Below, in pieces: positions 13,179-26,703 of a stretch of DNA of 64,000 nt. The notes beneath the pieces were generated by a model, which ran no database searches, was not told where the DNA came from, and was given only the letters and a program-made list of their open reading frames with translations. This DNA comes from Trichosphaerium sp. ATCC 40318 (Eukaryota; Protista; Tubulinea), in assembly GCA_038496445.1 (NCBI GenBank), contig JALMLS010000194.1, forward strand, positions 62,001 to 126,000. Direction: 5' to 3'. A program made the translations under genes and the position numbers. Positions within the stretch are counted from its first letter, which is position 1. Each line of letters starts with the position of its first letter.

Positions 13179-13234
13179 CAGTTGAGATTTGGCTATCAAA
13201 ATTTTATATCAATTTGAGCTCATTACACGTTTAA

Positions 13235-15024
13235 ATGGCAGAACCACAATCTTCGTTGGTTAATTTACAATATGTTAACCGTTTGGCCACTGGTTGGGAC
13301 CATTCAATGGTAATCGCAGACGATGGCTTTGTTTACACGTGGGGACGAAACAATGAGCGTCAATTGGGTAACACAGACGAATATATGAGTTCTATCGCAA
13401 GACCAATAAAATCAGTCATAAATATCGTCTGTATTGCTGCTGGATGCTATCATAGCCTTGCAGTTGATTCAAACGGTATTGTGTATGTATGGGGCTGTAA
13501 TTCAGACGGGTCATTGGGTCTGGGTCACTTTGCGTCACCTGTTTCGTCACCAACACGTGTTCCAAATCTCAACAATATCACGAAAGTCTCTGCCTATTAT
13601 GCGAGTATGGCGTTATCAAAATCAGGTCATGTCTACTCTTGGGGAAACAACGAATATCAAGGATTGGGTCATTCATTCGACAATTCGAAAGTTTCATCAC
13701 CAGCGGTTATTCCAAATCTTCAAAATGTTCAAAAAATTCAAACTAATTGTGTAAGTGGAGCAATGACATCAACAGGTCATGTCTTTCTTTGGGGAACAAC
13801 AGAAGATGAAGCAATAGATAAATCATTATTCTTGAAACGAAAGACAATTTCACGTGTTCCAAGTATTGATGATGCCACTGATATTGCCATTGGTTTTAGT
13901 CATGTACTTGTTCTCCTCAAGTCAGGACAAGTATTTTCTTTTGGACACAACTGGTATGGGTGTGGGTGTCTTGGGTTGGGTATTGATGACGAGTATGGCC
14001 AGGGTATCATCAAAGGACTCAATAACATCAAATCTGTACATGCTGGTGTGTGGACATCATTTGCGATTGATGATGAAGGTTGTTTGTTTGGTTGGGGTAA
14101 AGGGAAATGGATTGATTCGTTCTCATCAAACAAACCATTAAAATTACCTGGAACATATCTTGAGTTTGCCAATAAACGACTTCATTCATTGGCAATATCT
14201 CATGACTTTCAGTTGGTCACAGGCGGAGATAATGATTATAGTGAATCAACACCACAAAAGTTAACATTCACCAATTATGAAAAGGTACTTTGAAATCTTA
14301 TATGTCTTTCTTTTTGTCTCACAATCTACAAGCACTTTAAACGAGCCAATAAAGTAATCACAAAAGATAAAAACGATGACGCTGTGAAAGCAATGAATGC
14401 AGAGTTAAAAGAAGACAGAAAAGACAAGTACTTGTCAAAAGCTGTGGTTGAGCCCAATCGTGATTACACCAAGTTTGGAGATGCTCCTGATCACCTTGAT
14501 ATCATTCAAGATGCCCTTGAAGCCTTTAAGATACACCAAAATAAAGAAGAACACATTGAAATACAAGTACATCAGAAACAAGCGATACCTATCTCACATG
14601 GTATTTTAGGTTGACAATCCTCGCTTGTCACTTGATGAAGACACCTCAAATGTTCGCCCTGTTTCATCAAACTACAACACGTCACTTTTATCTGAACAAT
14701 CATGGAATGACAAGCCTCATGTTTCAGTTGCTCACACAAAGGTGTCTCGTTTTAATTTTATTTTCTTCACATTTAATTTTGTTCATTTAGTCAGAGTTCT
14801 GTCCACCTCAAGATAATCAATCAGTCGCTACTCCCAAATATGATTGGAAATCAACATTGTTGAGGTTGGGTATTTCAAGTAAAAGAGCACAAGAACTTGG
14901 GTCGTTGATGAACAAAGCAGCCATAAAGAAAAGTGAAATCATTCCTGAAGTGTTAGAAGAGCTTGGATTCAATGTGATTGAGCGTATAAAAGTCATAAAA
15001 GCAAAGGAAAACAAAATGCTATAA
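13235..15024 (+). CDS. RCC1-propeller + linker + SAM-like protein, copy 3 (linker A, tail Y)
   Basis: 352-aa RCC1 ORF; downstream exons nearly identical to copy 2, ending KAKENKML*. Confidence 0.85.
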
Positions 15025-15309
15025 ACAGAACATCATTATTACTGAAGGCCTGACATTTGATGAATTAGCATAGCAAATTAGTCAGAATACTTGTATTGTA
15101 CACAAAAACCTTTTCAATAAATTCGCTAAGTACAAGTAAATCAATCGTATCAAAACAGTTAACAAACAATTTCGGTCGCTTATATTACCAGCTGTTTGCC
15201 AACACAAAAAAAAAATATTCAATCACGTGATATCTTTAGAATAATATTTCGTGGTATCATACAAGCTGTTTTCGTACAATCAAGATGCTTTTTAATACTA
15301 AAATGCAAT

Positions 15310-17704
15310 CTATTTAAACCCTGTAGGCAGCAATGCTATTATTACAATCGTCTGAGAAAGAAACAACTTTTTCCTTTGTGAATACTGTGAGGTTATTAGG
15401 ATCACTCCTTATTTGATCAGTCTTGAATACAACTGTAGCACGCCATGTGGCCACAGCAGTATTTCTAGGAGCTGTCCACTATTTCATAAAGTCAGACAAA
15501 GAAAGGAAAACAACATTCAAAAATCGTTTCAGACGTTAATGTTTTGTTGTTCTGTTGGACTTCTTGGTTGTTTTAACATAAGGAGAAACGTACAGTAAAC
15601 ATGCCATCAAAAGCTGGGTACGGCTGACCATTTCGTGTCCACGTGATAGTAAGTTCTTCATTGTGATTGTTTTTCTCTTTACGGAACTGAGCCACTTGAA
15701 CTACTTTAGCTGTAACAGTAATATCTGCAGTGCCACAATCAGCTTCAATATCATCAATCAAGTTCACTACAGCAAAGAAACGAAGCCACCTAAATATCAT
15801 GAACACGTGTCAACAAAATCATTAAAGTGACATGGTACTACTTACATATTCTCAACATCAACAGGGCAGAAATGTGGAGAACTCATATTGCGCATGAGAC
15901 AATACTCGTTCATAGGTCTGTATCCTGCCAACGTATTTCCAAGGCGGTAAGTCTTGTATGCTCCGATATAATCTTCCCAGTGGAACTGAGGTGCGTCCAT
16001 GTATTCATGAAGTGTCAGAGAGCACAGTTGACGTTCAATTGGCCCAGAACCAGGGTACGCTATGAAAGTCATAAAAACGAAAGTCGAAAGTTTTTTTTTT
16101 ATTGTTCGGTTACCCTGCTTGAATTCTAAGGTATGTTCACCAGAAGAGAATCCTTCGGATCCCTCGTACTGATAAAACGTTCTGTCGTCTTCACCATGTG
16201 ACTTCCAATCGAGTGGTTCACCATCAAAGAGGACAATAAGAGAATCTAGTTTTTGAACCAACTTTAGCCTACAACAAAAAACCAGAAACAAATTAGTGAG
16301 CCTTACCTTCTTCAGGACATCCAGAAATAGTAAAATCTAATAGCCATCGTTTATACTGTCCATTTGATTCAAACTTATAACTTATAGGACCTCCTTTAAG
16401 CAAATACCAAGGGTAAGCCTAAAAAACAAAAATCAGAAAAAACTTTGAAAGTACAAAAAGGGTTACTTGCTTGAAGTCTCAACTGAGCATCTTGTGCGAC
16501 TACTGGAGGTCTATCAGTTAACCAATGACCCCATTTGGAGGCTGCTTGAGTAAGAGACGAAGCGTAATTGGCGCCATTGTAGGCAGATCCACCATCATAC
16601 TCCTCGCCTATGAAGTGTCATGTTACAACTGCTTTTTGCTCTAAAAGTCCGTACCAACTTTACCAAAGTTGTGACCGAGTTCATGGCGAAGTACAATAGT
16701 ACCAGAAGTAGGAGATTCAGTAGATATCGCAAATTCACCACCGAGGCCACCGTAGTAAGGAGAGTTTCCAATCAAAGTAGGGTAATCGCAAGCTTGTGGC
16801 CCTGTCTGCTTACAAGCGTCTCTGGCTGCCTTTTGGTTGATAGAACTATTAGTAACTTCTTCACAATGTCATTTATTAAAACGTACACTAGCTTTGGATG
16901 TGTAAACACCTCTGAGTTCTGTTCCAGATCTATATAATCCAAACGCTGTGTTCAATGGTTTTCCACCTTTTGAGGAAGATTTAGTTAGGTTGTCAAAAGA
17001 GAATCTTTGTTTTAGTTACCAACGCCAATGCCTGACTCAACACTTGGTCTAAATACAACCCAAACATTAAAAAGAGGAAGATAATCGGCGAAAGTAACGC
17101 CATTGAACATATCATCGATCTACAAAATTGTCACGTGACCAACAATTTGAAAAAAAAGACGAAAGTTAATTTTGAAGCGTACAAGACGTTTCATATCATC
17201 TAGCATTTCTTCACGTTCGCTCTGTGTATACCCATCACCCATAAAAACTAAATCTATTCTATTCCACGGCTCTCCAGTTTCAACAATTGGAATAACTTCA
17301 TCTGCATTCTGTTCGAGCGAAACCTAGAGAATACACGTGATTAACAAAAAAAAAAGTTGAGTTTGTAGGTTTTTTTAGTTTTTTACCTTTGCTGGGCGTT
17401 TAACAACTTTACACTCCCTGTGAAGTACTCTTGTGGCAATATGCTTTGTCGTAGCATAGAGCTCATACACTTTACCTCCATTTACGCCAGTATCATGAGA
17501 AATAATTTGAGGTGAAGATTCCAAGTTAAATTTTTTTTCTTTTACGAACCCACGATACTTTGGTACGTACTCCTCAACTACTATCGTGCATTTCTTGGAG
17601 TGTGGGGTATTTGTAACAAATCTGATGTGGTAGCTATCGTTTGGATGCTTCGACAATACTATTACCGCTATGTACGCCAACAGAAGAGCAACAAAACGTT
17701 TCAT
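15310..17704 (-). CDS. Secreted M64-family (IgA peptidase-like) metalloprotease (multi-exon)
   Basis: Signal MKRFVALLLAYIAVIVLS; NRIDLVFMGDGYT; YYGGLGGEFAIST..SGTIVLRHELGHNF; GEEYDGG; YRPMNEYCLMRNMSSPHFCPV. Confidence 0.85.
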
Positions 17705-17807
17705 AAACAAGCGAATATTTTGCTGCTGGATTTGCCAAGCAAAACCAGTTGGCAAAACGTTTTGCTACATACAGTCTAAACTTCAATATTACGATTTTAC
17801 GTGAGTT

Positions 17808-17849
17808 ATGGCAGAACCACTAACTACGTCAGTCAATTTGCATATGTTA
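17808..17849 (+). pseudogene. 5' stub of the RCC1 gene upstream of copy 4
   Basis: Same stub as 13137-13178, part of the duplicated segment. Confidence 0.75.
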
Positions 17850-17904
17850 CAGTTGAGATTTGGCTATCAAAATTTGAAATCAATTTGAACATTACGCACG
17901 TTTA

Positions 17905-19933
17905 ATGGCAGAGCCACAATCTTCGTCAGTTAATTTACAATATGTTAACCGTTTGGCCACTGGTTACTTACATTCAATGGTAATCGCAGATGATGGCTTT
18001 GTTTACACATGGGGACAAAACAATGAGCGTCAATTGGGTAACACAGACGAAGAAAAGAGTTCTATCGCAAGACCAATAAAATCACTCATAAATATCGTCT
18101 GTATTGCTGCTGGACACGAATATAGCCTTGCAGTTGATTCAAACGGTATTGTGTATGTATGGGGCTGTAATTCAAACGGGTCATTGGGTCTAGGTCACTT
18201 TGCGTCACCTGTTTCGTCACCAACACGTGTTCCAAATCTCAACAATATCACGAAAGTCTCTGCCTTTTGGGTGAGTATGGCGTTATCAAAATCAGGTCAT
18301 GTCTACTCTTGGGGATACAACTTCTTTCAAGGATTGGGTCATTCATTCAACAATTTGAAAGTTTCATCACCAGCGGTTATTCCAAATCTTCAAAATGTTC
18401 AAAAAATTCAAACTAATTGGCATGTAAGTGGAGCAATGACGTCAACAGGTCATGTCTTTCTTTGGGGAAAAACAAATAATAAAGCAAGAGATAAATCATT
18501 ATTCTTGAATCCAAAGACAATTTCACGTGTTCCAAGTATTGATGATGCCACTGATATTGCAATTGGTTTTAGTCATGTACTTGTTCTCCTCAAGTCAGGA
18601 CAAGTATTTTCTTTTGGACACAACTACAATGGGCGTCTTGGGTTGGGTATTGATCACGATTATGGCCAGGGTATCATCAAAGGACTCAATAACATCATAT
18701 CTGTACATGCTGGTACATGGACATCATTTGCGATTGATGATGAAGGTTGTTTGTTTGGTTGGGGTAAAGGGAAACTTATTGATTCGTTCAAATCAAACAA
18801 ACCATTAAAATTACCTGGAAAATATCTTGAGTTTGCCAATAAACGACGTCATTACTTGGCAATATCTCATGACTTTCAGTTGGTCACAGGTGGAAATAAT
18901 TATTGTGGTCAATCAACACGACAAAAGTTAACATTCACCAATTATGAAAAGGTACTTTGAAATCTTATTTGTCTTTCTTTTTGTCTCACAATCTACAAGC
19001 ACTTTAAACCAGCCAATAAAGTAACAATAAAAGATAAAAACAATGATGCTGTGAAAGCAATGAATGCAGAGTTAAAAGAAGACCGAAAAGATAAGTACTT
19101 GTCAAAAGCTGTGATTGATCCCAGTCATGACTACACCAAATTTGGAGATACTACTGAACACCTTGACATGATTCAAGATGCACTTGAAGGCTTGAACATA
19201 CAGCAACAAAATAACTCTGTACGTCTCACTATAAGGTGAACAACTTACTGACATTTGTAGGAGTGCAACCAACGCAAGTATAGTCTGATAGTTGATGAAA
19301 CATTATCAAACAACCAAGTGTTAAATCAACAATCCTGGAGCAATAAACCAAATGTATCTGTTGAAGCCAACAATGAGGTACCATTTGCTTTATAAAATTC
19401 CGCACATGCAAGATGAATGTTACAACTAATTGGTTCCTAGTATTATGAATTAGAGGAAAATAGTATGCCACAGCATGACATAGCCAACAACTCTTCATCA
19501 CCAAAGAAATCGTCTTATCAGAGTCCAGCACCTGGTGACGATTTTAGAAGCAGCTCCTCTTCATCTGACAACCTAAGGCGACAATCATGGCTCAATAAAC
19601 CAAATGTTTCTGTTGACATAAAGAATAAGGTACACTTCCACGACTTTGCTTCTTTCTTCTTGTTGTAACACTTAATTGTTATTAATGGCGTTTGTTTAGT
19701 CACATTTCGGTGTACCACATGAGAATCAATCAGTTCTAAATGTTGAAACTGATTGGAAGTCAATATTGATGAAGTTGGGTATCGCAAATCAAAGAGCTCA
19801 AGAACTTGGATCATTGATGAACGATGCAGGCGCAACAATTGATGAAATTGATAAAGATGTGCTGATAGATCTTGGATTCAGCTTGAGGGAACGTATTAAA
19901 ATCATCAAAGCAAAGAACAACAACACTCTTTAA
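17905..19933 (+). CDS. RCC1-propeller + linker + SAM-like protein, copy 4 (linker A, two SWxxKPxVSV exons, tail Z)
   Basis: 351-aa RCC1 ORF; final exon DWKSILMKLGIANQRAQELG...LGFSLRERIKIIKAKNNNTL*. Confidence 0.85.
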
Positions 19934-20789
19934 AACTCAGCACCATTTGATAAAAACCGTTTAACATGAATAGAATGAAGGGAAAAATAAATGAACAAAA
20001 ATTGTAGTGTTGAACAAATAAAACTCAGTTAGAAGCATAATATGTTTTACTATTATTTGGTTCCACCTATAGAAGCTATTGCCCTTGGATAGCTTCCAAC
20101 CACCATATGTGTTCCTTGGTATGTTTCAAACAGTCTGTTTGCTGTTACATGAGCACTGGTTCATGGCCACAGTAACAGTTAAAGGCATATACACTCTTTC
20201 TAAAGTGATCACGTGGAGGTGCACAGCTAGGCAGAGGCATGAACAATGCTTTATTGCACCCAGTGATGATACAAATAAATACAATAAGCTATTTCCAAAA
20301 GACAATATTCGGTGTATGTACGAGCTGCTACCAGCTCATAAAAACACTAAAAATCCTTTGCAGTAAAAAATCCTGTTTTGTTCTTTGTTTAGCAAACTCA
20401 TTCCTAAAAAACACGATTTTCATTACAGCCTTATTGAGTTTATTATTTTCGTCTTTTGGCTTAGCTATTAAGAAGCTAATGGGACTCTATCACTAGGCCT
20501 AATATCAAACTATTGAGCGCAATGAGCGAGTAAACAGGAAAAATGAAGCACAGCTCTAGTTCCTAACACTGTTCTAAGCACTATCAATTATCCAAGTTAA
20601 CCTTTGCCATTACAAATAAATGCTTGACAATCAAATCAAGCTGATACTTTTTATCACATATGTACACTGTCTTCAAAAGAGGCAAATGAATTAGCACTCA
20701 TGAGCTTTGATATTGCTACAACTAAACAGAGAAGTGAGCAGTGAATCCCCAACAAATGTCATGTCAAAGAAAAAAAAAAGCAAACTGGA

Positions 20790-23700
20790 TAGTTGACGAA
20801 AGTCGGTTTGCTCTTCCTACAACGTACTTCCAAAAATCTCCTTCTTTGATTTTTCCGGTATTTCTAATAACGGACTAACATCAGGTTTTGGTAGCTTAAT
20901 ATCTGGTCTAGAAAAAATCCTGTAAGCAGAAAGAGAAAGGGCGGTTTTTGAAAAGCACAAGAAAAAAAAAAACTGAAAAAAAACGAAAATAATAAGAAAA
21001 GCGTGTTTGTTACCTATAATACAAAATTGTTGAAATTAAGCTATCTACATCGCCTGTATCCCACCAAAATGGAATAGGAATAAGTGAAACTCCTGAAAAA
21101 TAAAGTCATTCAAGTCAATACCAGCGTTGAAATTAAAGAAGATGAGAGTGTGAAAAAAAAAAAAACAAGAAACGAACTTGAAGCTTGGTTTGTACCTATT
21201 TTTTTACACTTGTGAACTTTTTCAGCATCTCTAGCTTCTTGTAGGTGTACGTGACCGTACGCACCAATAAATTCAATATAGTGCTGTTCGCCCATGTACT
21301 CCAAAGCGATATTGACATCTGGTACAAATACATCCAACGTAACTGCTCTATCAGCGTCTCCGCGAAGTCCAAGGTAGTATTCTTCTATGATATCCATGTT
21401 TGGAAATATCTTTTTAAGCGTTTGTGCCATTATGCTTTGAAAAAATGTCAGTACCAACGCAAGTAACAGCCATTGAAAGAAAGAAAAAATATGCTTTTTT
21501 TTCGAACAAAAAAAAGACCAAAAACAACAAAAGCCTCGTCTCCCTCACAATAAAGAGCGAGCTCCTCTAAACTTCTAAAAAAATATAGCACACAGGCTTT
21601 AGTTCATAATAAATTAAGTCCAATAGGCCAAGTGCAAGCGGATTTGAATATAATTTAAATTTTCAAAAAAATACCCTTGTGTTGTTCTTCTGTCTCGTGT
21701 AGAAAACTCAACATCTTTCCAAGTGTGTAATGGATATACTTTATGTAAGATCTGCGGCCAGTATGCTATTAGCCCAGAACCTCCATATTTCTTCAAATTG
21801 GTATGAGAAACCCTATACCAATCTGCTGGAGACGTCACTTCAAGAGACTCAGCAATACTTTCTAAAAACTTCTTGACATTGGCTGTATCCCTCCAGTAAT
21901 TCCTCGGTGTATCTTTGAAGGAAAGAAGTCAGTCTTGAAAAGTACATGCTTAAAATATCAGAAACAAAGAATGCACACGTGACAAGCTTTTTTTGAACTT
22001 GTCATAGAGTCAAGAAAATTCGTTCAAAACGAACATCAGAAAAGAAAAAAAAACATTGTCGTAAAGGACAAGCTGCAGTTTTGATAAAGTAACTTGCAAC
22101 CGAAAAGGACAGCAAAAAATCCCTACACAAGCCAAGGGTGTTAATTCGTTTTCAAAGAGATGTTGGCTTTGTTTCGGGATAGGTAAACTTTTGGGAATCA
22201 AGAAGTGGTTGTTTTTTGATTGTTTTAGTTTTTTTTGATCATACCATGAGTTCTAATCCTAAACCTAGACAAGTTCCATTTATAATCAGGATACAAGGAT
22301 TGTAAAATATGTGGTAGCTTTCGGTTAGCTGCCCTGGAATATCATTGTGAGACATAACACAAAAATACTTGCAAAAACGGAAAAAAAAACCCAAAAAAAA
22401 ATTTAACTAATTTTAACTGTACCCTACAATACAACCCCCAGCACGTCTCATATCATTTACAGTAATATCATACCAATCATCTAGATATTTCACATTAAGA
22501 TATTCAGCAGCCTGATAAAGTATTAGAACTCAAAACACGTGGGTAGATAAAGCGATTTTATGTCATTTAATGAAAGAGGAATTTCTCGTTTCTTTTGGCT
22601 TCAAACAAAATGTGTAACACGTGATTGACTTACTGAATGTAAGAAAGCGCGGTGGTGGTTAATATCATTCCAAAAATTTCTTGGCACTTGCTCTAAAAGG
22701 AGTTTTAATGAGACGTCATGAAGAACAGTTTTTTTTTTGAAGAAAAAATAAAATAGGTCCTTACTGAACTTCCAAGGAACCCATTCGTGATCTGGGTACA
22801 TATACTTCACAATCAAGTGTAAAGAAGAACCAAACTGGCTAAGAAATATTAATAAGTACATATAAAAATAGATGAAACCGACAAGAGTAACCAGTAAAAA
22901 AAAACTTGGAACTATTTGCGCACGTTATAACACTTGCACAACCCAATTTTGTTATATCAAAATTATTACAGTTATACCAATCCCTTACGTTTCTTATATC
23001 AAGCAGACGCTCAACCTACAACAAGTCAGTATAGTCAAGCAAAAACGTAAAAATGACAAAGTTTCAAGGTTGGTTTTTTCTTCATAAAGGGATGTTCGCT
23101 TTACTCATCCCACAAACTTCTCATAACACTGAAGATTGGCTAAACAATTAAGAAGGCTTGAATGTGTGTACCTCAATAAAACAATCCAGGACATTATCAA
23201 GGTCTAACCAATAACTCTTAGGAACGCTATGATGAACTACAACAAAAAAATATATTAGAACTCTTGAAGTATCTCACTAACAACAGTAGTACCAAAACGC
23301 CATGGAAACCATTTATAAGAGCGAAATATATCCTCCATACATGATACAAGGTAGAATCTGTACTGTCTAATTGAGTTATAAGTCACAGTTTCAGATAAAA
23401 AGCGTATCCTAAAATTTTCTTATTATGTAATATACGACTCACCTTAACAGCTGTGTACCACCTAGTTTTTTAACTTTCTCTATTGAAAGTTCATAAAATC
23501 TGTCCATTGAACAGTATTCTAGCGTTTCAGCAACCTATAAAACATTCATGTCAGTAAACAACACGTGACGAGTTAACCTAAAAGTCCGTTTTGAACCGAA
23601 AAATTTTCTGGAATGACACAAAAGTTTTGGGTTTTTATAGCATGTGTAAGTGTCGTACATGATTCATAAACGCTATTTTATTATCCTGTGATTCCCAAAA

Positions 23701-24266
23701 GTCCAATGGCACAGCGTCTAACGTAAATTGTTAGCTGCTATGCTTTTTTAACTAACGCATCGTTTTAAGCGTTGGTTAATCATTAAATAGTCTACGGAGC
23801 TGTATACAGGCGTATTTAATCAAACGTACTGAAAAGCCACTTGTTCCATTTAACATTTGGGTATACATCGGTTAATAGCGTACGCAAACATCCTTCGTAC
23901 GTGCTATAATGTAAGTGCCATTTGTAATATTTTACAATAAACGTTGAATAACACTCGTAAAACGATCTAATTTACCTATTTAAAGCCCCCCGCCTAGTTT
24001 TACGATATCTTGCCATGAAACGCTATACCAATCGTTGTGTTTTGTTATACTTAGCCGCTTCTCTACCTGTAGTACGTTAAAACACGTATCACCATAAAAA
24101 AAACTTGATTACATGTCTAACGAACGCTTTTCGTTCAGACCTAAACGACAATGCGCGCATTGCGTAGGTGTTTCATATTCTTGTTTTAGAGTTGTGTCAA
24201 GTATTCCAGAATAAGCTGTCTGTTAGAGTAAGAGTAAAAAAACGTCATAAAGAATGGAATGGTCAT
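20790..24266 (-). CDS. WY..GG..YP..W-repeat protein with C-terminal RAP/PD-(D/E)xK-like domain (many exons; ends approximate)
   Basis: Repeats DWYRVSHTNLKKYGGSGL..VYPLHTW and YPDHEWVPWKFS..VPRNFW; C-terminal LDVFVPDVNIALEYMGEQHY...RDAEKVHKCKKIG|VSLIPIPFWWD. Confidence 0.65.
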
Positions 24267-24583
24267 GCGAGAAAAAAAAAAGCCTGACTTTTTTTGGTCC
24301 ATTTTATACCGTCTAAACATCTTAATGGTGGTTTTTGACCCTTGTATTAGTGCATAAACTATGTGTAAACCTGTTTAGAATATGTAGAACTTCAGACATG
24401 CAAGTGGTGCAGCTGAACAAGCCAAACTTTCTTTTTGTTGTGAAACAATTTTAGAGCTAATGAGCCGTTTATATCCGTCTTTTAGGTCTACAGTCATTTA
24501 GAGCTGAGCCTATAATTGAACCACTAGTCCTCTGTTTCAAAACGGACTTGCTTTGAATTGATGTATTTCAACGCAATACAAGC

Positions 24584-26431
24584 ATGGCAGAACCTCGCAC
24601 TTCGTCGGTTAATTTACAATATGTTAACCGTTTGGCCACTGGTTACGAACATTCAATGGTAATCGCAGACGATGGCTTTGTTTACACGTGGGGACAAAAC
24701 AATGAGCGCCAATTGGGTAACACAGACGAAAGAAAGAGTTCTATCGCAAGACCAATAAAATCACTCATAAATATCGTCTGTATTGCTGCTGGACGGAATC
24801 ATAGCCTTGCCGTTGATTCAAACGGTATTGTGTATTCATGGGGCCGTAATTCAAACGGGTCATTGGGTCTGGGTCACTTTGCGTCACCTGTTTCGTCACC
24901 AACACGTGTTCCAAATCTCAACAATATCACGAAAGTCTCTGCCTATCGTGTGAGTATGGCATTATCAAAATCAGGTCATGTCTACTCTTGGGGAGACAAC
25001 GAATATCAAGGATTGGGTCATTCATTCGACAATTCGAAAGTTTCATCACCAGTGGTTATTCCAAATCTTCAAAATGTTCAAAAAATTCAAACTAACTCGT
25101 ATGTAAGTGGAGCAATGACATCAACAGGTCATGTATTTCTTTGGGGAAAAACAAGAGATGAAGCGATAGATAAATCATTATTCTTGAATCCAAAGACAAT
25201 TTCACGTGTTCCAAGTATTGATGATGCCACTGATATTGCCATTGGTAATTATCATGTACTTGTTCTCCTCAAGTCAGGACAAGTATTTTCTTTTGGATAC
25301 AACTTGTATGGGTGTCTTGGGTTGGGTATTGATGACAATTATGGCCAGGGTATCATCAAAGGACTCAATAACATCATATCTGTACATGCTGGTGTGTGGA
25401 CATCATTTGCGATTGATGATGAAGGTTGTTTGTTTGGATGGGGTAAAGGGAAATGGATTGATTCGTTCACATCAAACAAACCATTAAAATTACCTGGAAA
25501 ATATCTTGAGTTTGCCAATAAATTAAATCATTACTTGGCAATATCTCATGACTTTCAGTTGGTCACAGGTGGAGATAATATTGTGGTGAATCAACACGAC
25601 AAAAGTTAACATTCACCAATTATGAAAAGGTACTTTGAAATCTTATTTGTCTTTCTTTTTGTCTGACAATCTACAAGCACTTTAAACCAGCCAATAAAGT
25701 AATCACAAAAGATAAAAACAATGATGCTGTGAAAGCAATGAATGCAGAGTTAAAAGAAGACAGAAAAGATAAGTACTTATCAAAAGCTGTGGTTGAGCCC
25801 AATCGTGATTACACCAAGTTTGGAGATGCTCCTGATCACCTTGATATCATTCAAGATGCCCTTGAAGCCCTTGAAATACAAAAGCAAGAAGAAAATTTTA
25901 AAGTATGTCTTTACAACTAACAATGCACGTGACAACTGATCATTATTCTAGAATGACGAATCAGATGATAACCCACAGCATGACATTGCCAACAACTTTT
26001 CATCACTAGACAGTCATAGTACATCACTTGATGAAGATGACTCCAGAAGCAGCTCTTCTTCATCGGATAATCTAAACGCTTTAAATCAACAATCGTGGCT
26101 CAATAAACCAAATGTTTCTGTTGACACCAAGAACAAGGTACCACTTTGCTTCTTTCTTCTTGTTGTAACACTTAATTGGTATTAATGGTGTTTTTAGTCA
26201 CATTTCGGTGTACCACACGAGAATCAATCGGTTCTAAATGTTGAAACTGATTGGAAGTCAATATTGATGAAGTTGGGTATCGCAAATCAAAGAGCTCAAG
26301 AACTTGGATCATTGATGAACGATGCAGGCGCAACAATTGATGAAATTGATAAAGATGTGCTGATAGATCTTGGATTCAGCTTGAGGGAACGTATTAAAAT
26401 CATCAAAGCAAAGAACAACAACACTCTTTAA
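24584..26431 (+). CDS. RCC1-propeller + linker + SAM-like protein, copy 5 (linker A, tail Z; 1-nt frameshift near 25580)
   Basis: RCC1 ORF; ggagataatattgt is one base short of copy 4 ggaaataattattgt; tail identical to copy 4. Confidence 0.8.
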
Positions 26432-26703
26432 TGAGTGAAGATAGGTTCTAACACAAAATTTCGCAAAGGAATACATAGCATTTCGGCATTGTATTGATAT
26501 TCACTCCTTGATCAAATTGTTCTAAACTTACAACACTCTTATTGTGGTGCAAAATAAAGCAATATCTTTTTTAGTAACTTGTGTAAGGCAAAGAGTCTTC
26601 GATATAACCTCTTGAAGGCATGCTGAGTGCGAAAGCATGAGAACAAACTTTTTTTTTATTCCTCGCTTCATTGATTATTTTCGCTACAGAATTTCGGTTA
26701 TAT

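Noticed and set aside
20079-20496. Short ORFs downstream of copy 4
   Set aside because: No recognisable motif or splice pattern; cannot support a call
24149-24162. 14-bp palindrome caatgcgcgcattg
   Set aside because: Isolated, probably exonic, compatible with chance
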